From Eledone cirrhosa (lineage: Eukaryota), in NCBI GenBank assembly GCA_964016885.1, contig OZ024741.1, forward strand, positions 385,640,001-385,704,000: a DNA stretch of 64,000 nucleotides, read 5' to 3'. Made by a program: the position numbers and the translations under genes. Position 1 is the stretch's first letter; the number at the start of each line of letters is the position of its first letter. Below the pieces are notes generated by a model that was given only the letters and a program-made list of their open reading frames with translations, had not been told where the DNA came from and did no database searches. Below are positions 16,693 to 30,600 of the stretch, piece after piece.

Positions 16693-17683
16693 GTAAGTTT
16701 TTCTTTACTCACCAAATATGTTGTCACATAAGTCTATTCTATGTTTGTAATAATGGTTTCTGATTTAGGCACAAAGCCAACAATTTTGAGGGAGGGGAAA
16801 GTTGATTAAACTGACTCCAGTGCGTTACTGGTGCTATATTTTATTGACTCCTTAAGGATGAAAGGCAAAACTAACCTCAGTAGGATTTGAATTCAGGCGT
16901 AAAGGGACGTAACTATATGCTGCAAAGCATGGTAAGGGTTTCTGATTTAGGCACATGACCAACAATTTTGGAGGTAGGAGACAGTTGCTTAAATCTACCT
17001 TAGTGCATTACTGGTGCTTTATTTTATTGACTCCATAAAGATGAAAAGTAAAGCTAACCTTGGCAGGATTTGAATTCACTGTGTTTGTAATAATAACTGG
17101 CTGACTCTGTGGAAATTCCACAGATTAATTAGAAACAACCACTAAGTATTAAAGATCAATATATTTTAAATGGTCTGTTGGTAAGATTTAGAGGTGGTCG
17201 AAGTCTTGGTCACTTGTTCAATCCTCATCTAAAACTATCTTTTTCACCATGTGTATCTGGTTTAGAATAGATACACTGTATCCTTGCATGTTGTAAAAAG
17301 CGATTAAAAAGGTCAGTGTCCGGAAAGGAACTGGCTGTAAAATATTGCCTCAAAATGTCTCATCCAACCCATGCCAGCATGTCAACATAAAATATATACT
17401 GACTGTGGCAACGCCAACATTTTTTAAATTAAAATCCGGATGATTATATTACTTGTGTATATATAAGAGATGGCAACATGAATGGACCTGTTATTTTTAT
17501 CTAAAGACATTTTTTCCAATTCCACTCCACCCATCCTTTCCATCTATCTAATTTCTCAGTCTTTCTTCTGATGAAGGACTAGCATCCGAAACATTAAGAC
17601 CCTCTTCCTACTATTTCAAGTGTTAACCTAATATATACCTTCCATATACTGTACCAATTGTGTTGTTATTTCTGTTTACCTTT

Positions 17684-17735
<52 letters not shown>

Positions 17736-18573
17736 TTAATTGTCTCTAATACTTAGACATTTCAATAAAAGGATAAGATATATAAGGGAACTAATAAAAT
17801 ATATTAAACTCAGCTAAAATCTCTATTTGGGGGTATATAAGCTAGACCGACTAAAATAAGCCCTTATATGCCTTATGCAGTTCCCCAACCATGGTTTTTG
17901 GAACTCAAAAAATAACATTAATCATTCCAAGACATTGGAATAACCAATAATGGAAGAATTACAATTCCTTCATCTGGAGGAGAATTCTTTGGAATAAGAG
18001 AAGTTGAATACATATCATGTTGGCAAACTGCATGGTGTCAACATCCTGCATTGTTGAATTACTATATGAATATATCCCAACATGACAGGTTTATATTGAC
18101 ACTGAAAATAGCAGTTAAAACTGTCTAAATCTGCTCAACAATAATAGAGCAGTCGATATTAATTTATAAAGTTAACTATCTCCAATATATAGACATCTCA
18201 CTAGGAATAATTAATGTTGTCTTTTGAGTTCCAGAAATCATGGTCATGGAACTGTATAAGTAAAACTGACTTATTTAAGTTGGTCTAGCTTATACCCCCC
18301 GAAATAGAGATTTTGGCTTAAGTTTTAATCATCATCATTTCATTTCATCATCATTTCATTTTACATCCGCTTTTCCCTGCTTGCAAAGGTGGGACAGGAA
18401 CTGATTCTGGCTTGATTTCTACAGCTGGATGCCCTTCCTAACACCAACCTCATTTACAGTGAGTGCTGGGTGCTTTTTTGCCGTGGTGCCTACACGTCTA
18501 CTTTGCAGTGAAATGATATGGACACCAGTCCCTATCATCTCATTTATACAGCTGAGTAAACTGGAGCAATGTG

Positions 18574-18619
<46 letters not shown>

Positions 18620-21600
18620 TCATTCATCATTTCATTTTACGTCCACTTTTTCCCTGCTTGCAAGGGTAGGACGGGAACTGATGCTGGCTTGATTTCTACA
18701 GCTGGATGCCGTTCCTAACACCAACCTCATTTACAGTGAGTGCTGGGTGCTTTTTTGCCGTGGCACCTGCACGACCACTTTACAGTGGAATGATATGGAC
18801 CCTAGTCCCTATCATCTCATTTCTACAGCTGAGTAAACTGGAGCAATGTGAAATAAAGTGTCTTGCTCAAGGAAACAACGCATCACCCGGTCTGAGAATT
18901 GAACTCACAACCTTTCGATTGCAAGGCCAATGCTCTAACCACTAAGCCATGTGCCTCCATATATATATATATATAATTTTGGGGGTTCTAATAAAAGATT
19001 TCGGTCTTACTACTGCCATCACTACAAATATTTCACACACTTACCCTCTTCTTTCCAGCATGAGAGACATTTTATATGACATATGCAACAGCTTTAATGC
19101 TTTATAGATATGCAAAAATGTGTTGTATTACAAATTTAGTGACCTTTGTACAAAAAATACAATCATTTTCATTTTAGTTTATAAATCTTTAGACAGCAGA
19201 AAGATAATTTATAATGTAGAATCTGGAGGGATTTCATAGTATAACTTTCACATTAGTTAGCTGGTGTTTGGATCATAACTTGAGAACATTATGATGGAAA
19301 GTTTTTAAATAGATATAAACACTTTTAAACAAACAGTTTTGTTTCATAGAATCAGGGACGGCTTCTGGTGGTTTAGTATTAAAAAGGTTTAAAATATTTG
19401 ATGAAGTCTTGTATTTTTATATATGTTATATATCTTTTTTAGCCTGAAGAAATTATAATGGATTCCAATCAAATTGTAATGCTTGACCGACAAACTCTTT
19501 ACTGTATTCCAATTCCAGCTGAAACACAGTGGGTGAAAAAAATATCCTTTGTCGTAGATCTACATCTTTCTAGACTAAATACCTTTCTGTGATTCTAAAA
19601 ATTCCGTTCTTATTATTGAATATCTTCATCACTGTCTCACCAAAATAGAAACAGTAGCCTTTTAATCTAATGGAAGTTTTCTCAAACTTTTTTTTCTTTT
19701 CTGATAATTCGAAATTATAAATGTTTTATCAATGTATTTCTCCTTTACAGATATACTTGAATATAAGCCAAGGAATATGTAACCAAAAAAAAAAATCTAT
19801 GGTAAAATACAGGGGTCAGCTCATATTCATCACCTAAACATGTGTTAATTAGCTGCCTCAGCTTATAAACTGGGTTTGGATTTTTGCCCATTTCACAGAC
19901 ATAAAATAGTGGGGTTTGGCTTATATTCAAGTACATACTTGTTATTTCTAACCAACAGGTCAACAACTTATTTAAAAACATTTTTCTATTCCAAGTCTCT
20001 TACACCTAAATATTGTCTCCTTTCCCATCCTTTTCCTCTATAGGACTGCTTATTTTCATTTTTCCAAGCTAGCAAAGGAGAGAGGATCCTCTACATTTAG
20101 ATATTTAGTACCTATTTTTAGCATGGTTGGCTCATGCTGGTAAAAGAACACCCAGATCATACTGTAAATATGGAAGGGCATCCAGCCGTAGAAACCAAGC
20201 CAGAAGCAGTTTTGTATAAGCAAGAGACATTCACCTGATTTGACATGTCTCACAACAGGACAACATGGAAAAAGATGTTAAATGATGATGATGACTGATG
20301 CAAGTAATATGATCTACTTTGACTATCATCAATATTTTTACATCCATTTTTCTATGCTTGTAAGAGTAGAGATCTGGTACGTTTTCTTCAGCCAGATGCC
20401 CTTCTTGACACCAACCCATACTTTACTCTAAGCATGGTGTATGCTGCTAATGTTTATCAAACTGCTGCTCTGCTGCCCAATGTAGTGTTTATGAGTAACA
20501 TAAACAACTGTCACAGAACACCTTATAATCAGTGTTGATAAGATGTGTATGGAGACTATCACACACTTATATACACAACATACATCCATACAGTCTCCAT
20601 CTACCAAATTTGCTCAAGGCATTGGTTGTTCCTAGGTTATGGTTAGAAGATGCTTACACAATGTACCTTCTTCACCCACTAATACCCGGGACAGTTGTGG
20701 GGCAGAGTCCTCAAACACTCCTTCCAGCAGATCCTGTCGGAAGCAACTCTCTCCAGTTGATCCAGCTGGATCCCCAAGTGAGACCAGCTGAGCTCATGAA
20801 TGTTATTCAAACATCTTGCTCAAGGTCTACTCTTGGTTTTGCCTGTAAAATCTGTCCAACAATTCTTTCCTGAGACATTCTAACCATATGTCCGTAATAT
20901 CGGAGCTGTGATCGCTCAGTTCAGAGAAGTAGCTGCTCTACCTGAAGTGACTCTCCAAGCTGTGAAGTAGAATAGAAGCCATGACCACATGGTTGCAAAG
21001 TAAACTTCTGAACCTATCTGTGATATTCTCACAGCTATTCTGATTTATCTCAGAAACAAAATTTCGCATACTTTACATTTCTTGTGTCTATGGCAGCCAT
21101 GTTGAATGGCAACATGTGGAACGTGCAACAAAGGGGTTAGTTTGGGGGGGGGGGGGGGGAGGGGGGGGTTCAAACCCTCCCAAATATCTCATAGGCATCG
21201 TCATGGCTGTATGCTTAAGGAATTCAGTTCTCAAACAGATGGTTCTGTGTTCAGTCCCACTGTGCAGTACCTTAGGCAAGTGTCTTCTACTATAGCCTTC
21301 TGTTAGCCAGTGACTTGAGTGGAACTTGGTAGGCAGAATCTGCAGAAGCCCATCATAGATATGTCAATATGCCTGTGCTTATGTCCTGTAACTTAATGGT
21401 TAGATAAAAAGAGATTGATAAAATAAGTACCAAGCGTGAAAAATAAGTACTTGTAACCTAGTAGAGCCCATCCTTCTCCATGTCTGAACATAACTGATTT
21501 CTTCCAGAGAAGAATCAACCCCAGTAGGATTTGAAGTCAGAGCACAGAAAGCCAGACAAATACTGCAAAGTATTCTAATGACTGGCAATTCGCCACCTGG

Positions 21601-24600
21601 TGTCGTCAGTATGATGGTACCCCAGCATGGCCACAGTCTTCTTAGTGAAACCAGTAAAAGAATAAATTGATTTCTCTGATATTTTTAATTAAAAAGTCTT
21701 AGTACTTAACTCTTTACCAAGGATTTACTGAGAAGGAAATACCAGTGTCTTTCGAAGATGGAAGTGTTGTTAGTGATAGTGGAGCACTGAAGAGAACTCA
21801 TGATGATGTGGACGATACTGAAGATATGGAATGTACAAATACCAGCAGCATGGACATTAATTCAGAAGACAAACGCAGTAGACAAAACACCTTTGAAGGT
21901 TTACATTTTAGTATATTTTCATCTAATCTATCTAAATTTCTGATATCTGTTGGTTGGTTTGGTTCGTCTGTCATGATTGACAACTTAAAAGATAGAGAGG
22001 CAGTTTAAGAGAATCAAAACATGGGTTGACAGAGGAGGAGTTATACTGAGTGGAATGGCAGGCAGAGAAAGAGAGACAGTTGAGGGATATGTGAATGTTT
22101 ACAGAGAAGAGAAAAAGGTGCATAATCATGCACACATTCATACAGATAATTGTTGTCTGCTAAGACAAAGAGTACCTGGACATCTTTTTAAATTTCAGTA
22201 TTCAGTGTGTGACTATTACATTTCTATTCTCTATATTATTCTGCTCTTATCTATCTATGTATGTATGTATGTGTGTATTATGATGAATGAATGAAATTGA
22301 AGACACATGAGATTTAATATTCATAAGCCATTTGACTGATAAACTGTGGATGGAAATTAGAGGCATATTATTCATAAGATATTTGTCTATGAGGTGAATA
22401 TTTTAAATTAAATGTGATATATATATATATAAATTCGAAAATACAATCGCCACAATGCAGATAACTATAATAATAATAATAGTTGAATAAATTAAGTAAA
22501 GTACCCCTGGAGTCAGAAAAAACTGTTGAGATGCCAAGTGGGCACGTTTAACTATTACATCAAAAGGCCCAAGGCCACTAATTATCATCATCTTAGAAGA
22601 TTTATTAGATATATTTCTTGAGAATCCCCCAGTTCAATGGAATAATAAGTAGTATACTTCATTCACAAGAACTGTGTCCAGCTATGTTAATATCTGATAG
22701 AAAAATGAGAATTTAGTACAGCATATTAACTCTTAGTATCATGCAATGATTTAGCAGAAAATATCTAAAACTATTTTTCTTAATTCATTTGGTAATTGTG
22801 GACAGAAATTTGTGGAAATTGGCAGTCAACTAAAAACTTGAAGTTTTTAATGTGATGCAGTCCTAGTGTTGTTTTGTACTTTTCAAGGATGTCTTGCTAA
22901 TGCAGTTTCATGTGGTACAGGATGTTAAGAGTTAAGACTTATTACAATATAGTCTTGCAGTAGTAGAATATTTTTATGGATAAATTATGTCTTGGCTTTT
23001 GTTCGTATTTAAGATTCTTTAAAGTGTTTGTTATATACAGTGGAACCTTGGTTTCTGAACAGAAAATGTCTAAGTTCACGAATGGTGTCTCAAGTAACAA
23101 ACACACAAACCAGCAATAAACTTGGAGAATCAGCGGAAAAACATAATTTCTGTGTAGTTAGTTACTATGGTTATATCTGTCTTTCGTACACATTCTCTCT
23201 CTCAACATTTCGTATGGGGAAAATAATTTTGGTTTTCAAACATTTTGGGTGACGAACAGCCTTCAGGAACAAATTAAGTTCATCGACCGAAGTTCCACTG
23301 TATATTATTTGTTCAATAACATTTTCAATGATATTAATACCAGTCACTGGAAAAGCAAGTATTTCCTTAGGCAAGTCTTTCTAGAATATTTTCACTTTTT
23401 AACATTAACCCTTTAGCATTTAAACCATCTGTATCCAGCCAGAATTCTCTCACCTCTTTCTGTTGAAACTGGCCATAACTGACTGCTCATACTTATGTTA
23501 AGGTTTCTCAAAATAAATAATTGTTTCTACTTTTAGCACAAAGCCAACAATTACCCAGTACATTACTGGTACTTTATTTTATCGACCCCGTAAGGATGAA
23601 AGGCAAAGTTAACCTCGGCGGGATTTGAACTCAGATCGTAAAGGGATGTAACTCTTTGCGTCAAGCATGGCGTCCGACCCTCTACTGATACTGCCAATCC
23701 ACCGCCTCAAAATAAATAATATCAATATCAAGTGAGATAATTATGTGAAATAAAGTGTTTACTGTGAAAATACAATAGTAAATATAGAGTAATGTAAATG
23801 GTAAAGGGTTAAGATAAAAATATAGATAAAACTCACAAAGTAAAAAAGTTGACAAATGTATTAATAAAGAGTACAGTTTTTAAAGATGTTTTCCTAAGAC
23901 TGCACCTTCAGTAGTCCCTATGTGAACTTCACACAATCTCAAGAATCAAACACTTCAAAAGAATACAATTTCAAAAGAAATTTCATCATCAGCAGCAGTA
24001 TTTTTACATCAACTTTTCCATGCTGGCATGGGTTGGACGGGACTTTGTGAGACAATGTTTTACACCCGGATGCCCTTTCCAACCCTTTTAATTGCTTCTT
24101 AAGACATGCATGGATACAGTATACCTATTCTAAACTGGATACTTGGAAAATCCATGTGTACTGCTATTAGTAATCTAATTAGTGAAAACACTGTTGAATG
24201 ATTTTTATAGAAGTTTATGAATATGTTTTTCAGGTCAAAGTTCGACTAATTCTCTACCTGATTTGAACTTCCCTCTTCCAAATGAAACTGGTCCTGCATG
24301 TTTAGTTAAGGTAACGTTAACCCTTTTGCTACCATATTTCTAATGAAAGACACTGCCTATAACTTACAAATAATTTTGAAAATAATAAGAATTTAGAAGG
24401 GCTTAGTAATATAACTAACTTTCTTGTTATTGAGTTTGATGTTTGGAACACACTGGTTCTTACATAAAATTATGATGGTAGGTTTTTAGATAAATATCAG
24501 AGAACCATGGACGGTAAATGTGTTTGACTTACGATCATAATGATATGGATTTGATTCCTGATCTGGTTTGTGTGTTGCTCCAGTATACTCAGCTGAAAAG

Positions 24601-27600
24601 GAGTAGCAGCAGTAGCTAAGGGTTTAACCCTGTCCAGAGGGAAGTCTTGTGCCTGCAAACACTTCATGCCACCAGAACTGGGATAAGCACCAGCCTGATA
24701 AGTCTCTGACTTTAGATGGATTGCTTGGTATCAAAAGGGTTAAACTTCAATCATGATGAATAGGAAGAAATTTAACACCTTCATTTTAGTGTCAGTAGGG
24801 TTTGATATATTTAAACTTAATGTAAAATATTTTTTATTTGTTTTTCTTTAATACCTTTTTAAACTAAATATTTACAATTCTTTTAGGTATATAAAAAGGT
24901 CGAAGACTTGAAAGTGAACGATATGCTTGATGTGATAGGAATATTATCTGTTGACCCTTCAATGGCAGCTGATTCATCTGAGTTGTAAGTCAGTTTCTTC
25001 TTTATATTCTTTCCCTGCAGAAATTATGTCTTTCTTTTCTATTCCAAAATCCCAAATCTCCTACCTGATTGACCTCCACTGCTTCCTATCTCATGCCATA
25101 TTGAGCCATGTGGAGCTGAGGTATTAAGTCAGATTATTGCACCATTAGACTTTGACCACCCTCTGGTTCTTCTCCATTGCCATGGTGTCTACTCTGTCAC
25201 TCTAATAGTCCACCTGTTGTCTCTGAAACGAGACGTGGCCAGCCCATCTATGTTTGCCCTTCTTGATGGTCTCAATTATGTCCTTCATGCCAATCTACTG
25301 TATTTTAGCTCAGGACATTGATGATGAAACTATATTTAACTCGGGTAACATTGGTAATGGGGGTTTTCAAACTCTTTCTTTTACTGCATTTTAGCTCAGA
25401 TAACAATGATGAAATGGATTCAACATCTGTTGATCAGCACTTACCGCCACCATCTCTGGTACCACGACTTCATGCAGTATTGGTCAACAAACTGGAACAT
25501 AACAATCCTTGGCTTACTAATTCTATTGATAAAGATAGTCAAGTAAAAAGTAAGTTACCATATATGTTTAATATATGACTTTACCAATAAAAAATACTGT
25601 TGGTGTTTAGCTAATCCTGATAATACTGTTAGTGTTTAGTTAATCCTGATAATACTGTTGGTGTTTAGTTAATCCTGATAATACTGTTAGTGTTTAGTTA
25701 ATCCTGATAATACTGTTGGTGTTTAGTTAATCCTGATAATACTGTTGGTGTTTAGTTAATCCTGATAATACTGTTAGTGTTTAGTTAATCCTGATAATAC
25801 TGTTGGTGTTTAGTTAATCCTGATAATACTGTTGGTGTTTAGTTAATCCTGATAATACTGTTGGTGTTTAGTTAATCCTGATAATACTGTTGGTGTTTAG
25901 TTAATCCTGATAATACTGTTGGTGTTTAGTTAATCCTGATAATACTCATGACGTTATTATTGTTAATTTTACTGATGTAGTATTAACTTATTAACTTGGA
26001 TATTTACCATGCGGTATTCTAATCCTATTGTATCTCTCTCAGTTATTTACCATGCGACCCTCAGTTCCTACCCCCCCCCCTCTATGCACTTCTTTAAGGC
26101 TTACTACCCTGTCTTTAACCTAATTCATTCAATCTGAAAATATTGAAGAGATAAGACACTTTGCCATTCTTCTCTGCTAAAATGTACCACTAGAGCTGAT
26201 TCAAATTTTCCCAGCCAGCCATCCACCTAATCTACGAAGGTATTTTAGCCTACATATTGTCGTTAATATTATGATGTTCCCTGCTGTATTAGCGTTAAAT
26301 TTTCCCTGCTGTATTAGCGATAAATTTTCGAGGGTTTCTCTTAGTAGCTTTTTCATGTCGTTAATATTATGATGTTCCCTGCTGTATTAGCGTTAAATTT
26401 TCCCTGCTGTATTAGCGATAAATTTTCGAGGGTTTCTCTTAGTAGCTTTTTTTTTCATGACGTTATTATTGTTAATTTTACTGATGTAGTATTAACTTAT
26501 TAACTTGGATATTTACCATGCGGTATTCTAATCCTATTGTATCTCTCTCAGTTATTTACCATGCGACCCTCAGTTCCTACCCCCCCCCCCCCCTCTATGC
26601 ACTTCTTTAAGGCTTACTACCCTGTCTTTAACCTAATTCATTCAATCTGAAAATATTGAAGAGATAAGACACTTTGCCATTCTTCTCTGCTAAAATGTAC
26701 CACTAGAGCTGATTCAAATTTTCCCAGCCAGCCATCCACCTAATCTACGAAGGTATTTTAGCCTACATATTGTCGTTAATATTATGATGTTCCCTGCTGT
26801 ATTAGCGTTAAATTTTCCCTGCTGTATTAGCGATAAATTTTCGAGGGTTTCTCTTAGTAGCTTTTTCATGTCGTTAATATTATGATGTTCCCTGCTGTAT
26901 TAGCGTTAAAATTTCCCTGCTGTATTAGCGATAAATTTTCGAGGGTTTCTCTTAGTAGCTTTTTTCATGACGTTATTATTGTTAATTTTACTGATGTAGT
27001 ATTAACTTATTAACTTGGATATTTACCATGCGGTATTCTAATCCTATTGTATCTCTCTCAGTTATTTACCATGCGACCCTCAGTTCCTACCCCTCCACCC
27101 CCCCTCTATGCACTTCTTTAAGGCTTACTACCCTGTCTTTAACCTAATTCATTCAATCTGAAAATATTGAAGAGATAAGACACTTTGCCATTCTTCTCTG
27201 CTAAAATGTACCACTAGAGCTGATTCAAATTTTCCCAGCCAGCCATCCACCTAATCTACGAAGGTATTTTAGCCTACATATTGTCGTTAATATTATGATG
27301 TTCCCTGCTGTATTAGCGTTAAATTTTCCCTGCTGTATTAGCGATAAATTTTCGAGGGTTTCTCTTAGTAGCTTTTTCATGTCGTTAATATTATGATGTT
27401 CCCTGCTGTATTAGCGTTAAATTTTCCCTGCTGTATTAGCGATAAATTTTCGAGGGTTTCTCTTAGTAGCTTTTTTCATGACGTTATTATTGTTAATTTT
27501 ACTGATGTAGTATTAACTTATTAACTTGGATATTTACCATGCGGTATTCTAATCCTATTGTATCTCTCTCAGTTATTTACCATGCGACCCTCAGTTCCTA

Positions 27601-30600
27601 CCCCCCCCCCCCCCCTCTATGCACTTCTTTAAGGCTTACTACCCTGTCTTTAACCTAATTCATTCAATCTGAAAATATTGAAGAGATAAGACACTTTGCC
27701 ATTCTTCTCTGCTAAAATGTACCACTAGAGCTGATTCAAATTTTCCCAGCCAGCCATCCACCTAATCTACGAAGGTATTTTAGCCTACATATTGTCGTTA
27801 ATATTATGATGTTCCCTGCTGTATTAGCGTTAAATTTTCCCTGCTGTATTAGCGATAAATTTTCGAGGGTTTCTCTTAGTAGCTTTTTCATGTCGTTAAT
27901 ATTATGATGTTCCCTGCTGTATTAGCGTTAAATTTTCCCTGCTGTATTAGCGATAAATTTTCGAGGGTTTCTCTTAGTAGCTTTTTTCATGACGTTATTA
28001 TTGTTAATTTTACTGATGTAGTATTAACTTATTAACTTGGATATTTACCATGCGGTATTCTAATCCTATTGTATCTCTCTCAGTTATTTACCATGCGACC
28101 CTCAGTTCCTAACCCCCCCCCCCCCCCCTCTATGCACTTCTTTAAGGCTTACTACCCTGTCTTTAACCTAATTCATTCAATCTGAAAATATTGAAGAGAT
28201 AAGACACTTTGCCATTCTTCTCTGCTAAAATGTACCACTAGAGCTGATTCAAATTTTCCCAGCCAGCCATCCACCTAATCTACGAAGGTATTTTAGCCTA
28301 CATATTGTCGTTAATATTATGATGTTCCCTGCTGTATTAGCGTTAAATTTTCCCTGCTGTATTAGCGATAAACTTTCGAGGGTTTCTCTTAGTAGCTTTT
28401 TCATGTCGTTAATATTATGATGTTCCCTGCTGTATTAGCGTTAAATTTTCCCTGCTGTATTAGCGATAAATTTTCGAGGGTTTCTCTTAGTAGCTTTTTC
28501 ATGTCGTTAATATTATGATGTTCCCTGCTGTATTAGCGTTAAATTTTCCCTGCTGTATTAGCGATAAATTTTCGAGGGTTTCTCTTAGTAGCTTTTTTCA
28601 TGACGTTATTATTGTTAATTTTACTGATGTAGTATTAACTTGGATATTTACCATGCGACCCTCAGTTCCTACCTACAATTTCCCTCCCCCCCACCCCCAC
28701 ACACCACCATAGTCTATTCGACCAATCAAACCTAGCATGCCATTTCCACTGCTGCTGCTGCTACTACCTGCCTAACTAACTCTCTCCTCCTCTGGCGCAT
28801 CCCAACACACCCTGCCATTACCCCACCACCACTGTCCTTCTAGCCCTCAATTTTCCCACCGTTAGGGATGGATGAGCTGGGAATACACGAGCAACTCTGA
28901 ATCAATAGATGAAATATGAATCTGCGAGCTACCAAGCACCCACGTGAAGCGCCAACCCAGAGACCCTCCCCTACGAGTGTCGACAAATGCCCAAAACTCC
29001 GAGTTGGTACCATCAATGTAGGCTCAATGAAAGGAAGAGCAGGAGAAATCGTAGAAATGCTAGAGCGAAAGGAAGTTGATGTATGCTGTGTGCAAGAGAC
29101 TAGATGGAGAGGAGGGTCTGCTAGAGTCCTTGTAGGAAAAAGCCAGTGCTACAAATTTTTCTGGGTGGGAAATGACGATGGGATGGGTGGTGTAGGTATA
29201 CTATTAGCTGACAAGTGGGTAGATAAAGTAATCTCAGTGTACAGGGTAAATGCAAGAATCATTAAACTCAGACTAGTCCTGAATAAGACAATTACCACAA
29301 TAATATCAGCTTACGCACCCCAATCGGGGCTGCCAGACGAACTTAAGGATAGGTTTTACGAGTCCCTAATACACACTACTGCTCTAACAGACGACAAGGA
29401 CTTCCTAATCATTGCAGGAGATTTTAACGGACACGTAGGTAAACACTGCGACGGCTTCAATAGAGTACATGGAGGCCATGGAGTTGGCACAAGGAATGAG
29501 GAAGGATTCAGACTTCTAGAATTCTGCGACGCCAATGACATGTCGATATGTAACACAAACTTTAAAAAACCCGACAACCACCTGATCACCTATAGATCAG
29601 GGGAGCACTCTAGTCAGTTAGATTTTATCCTCATCAGAGGACGTGACAGATGGACGGTCGTAAAAACAAAAGCCTTCCCTAGTGAGGAATGTACATCCCA
29701 ACATAGCTTAGTTGTCAGCGACCTCACGGTCAGAACTAGACGAGCCCTGAAACAGAGGCCAACCTGGAGAAGAAAGATCTGGAAGCTGAAAGTCCCCTCA
29801 ACCAGTAACAGATTTAAAGATATTTTACTCAACGCCTACGACAGTAAAGAAGAACAGATAGAGACATTTAACGTAGAAGAGAACTGGGAGTTCCTAAAAA
29901 ATAACTTACTAGAGGCGACGGATGAGGTTTGTGGCTGGAGTAAGACCTCAAGCAGGAGGAGAGTGACTTGGTGGTGGAACAATAAGGTAGATGAAGCAGT
30001 CAAGGCCAAGAGACAGGCATGGAAAGAATGGAAGAACGGGGGGAGCAGGGTACATTACATAGAGACCAAGAGGGAAGCTAGGCGACAAGTATACTTAGCT
30101 AGGAGGGAAGCAGAGGATAGAAAATTCAAGCATGTTTTACAACGTGAGGACCAGAAACAGGAGGTATTCAAGATTGCGAGGCAGTGTGTCAGAGATAGTT
30201 GTGATGTCATTGGAGAGAAGTGTATCCGGAATGATAAAGGTGAGCTTGCCCTCACAAGTGCTGAGAAGAAAGATGCATGGAAGAGTCATTATGATAGATT
30301 ACTAAATGAGGAGAATGCATGGGAAGAAGAGACCCTACCCCACGTAGACCCTATAGAGGGACCAGCAGTACAAGTCAGCGGCAGCGTAGTAAGTAAGGCA
30401 ATCAGAGATATGAAGATAGGGAAGGCAACCGGTCCATCGGGTATAGCTGCCGAGATGCTGAAGGCATCTGGGTCTGTAGGTCACACTATAACCACACGTA
30501 TCGTTAACCAGGTAATACTAGAGGGGGCCATACCAAAAGATTGGTGCAGTAGCATCATTGTCAACTGCTACAAAGGTAAAGGCGATGCACTAGATAGAGG

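Noticed and set aside
18706-18945. Repeated [17 protein letters not shown]... (also 52213-52455, 31961-32272)
   Set aside because: Antisense translation of the SINE/LINE 3' tail
25594-25946. 29-bp repeats of CRISPR-like length
   Set aside because: Head-to-tail with no unique spacers, eukaryotic intron, no cas genes
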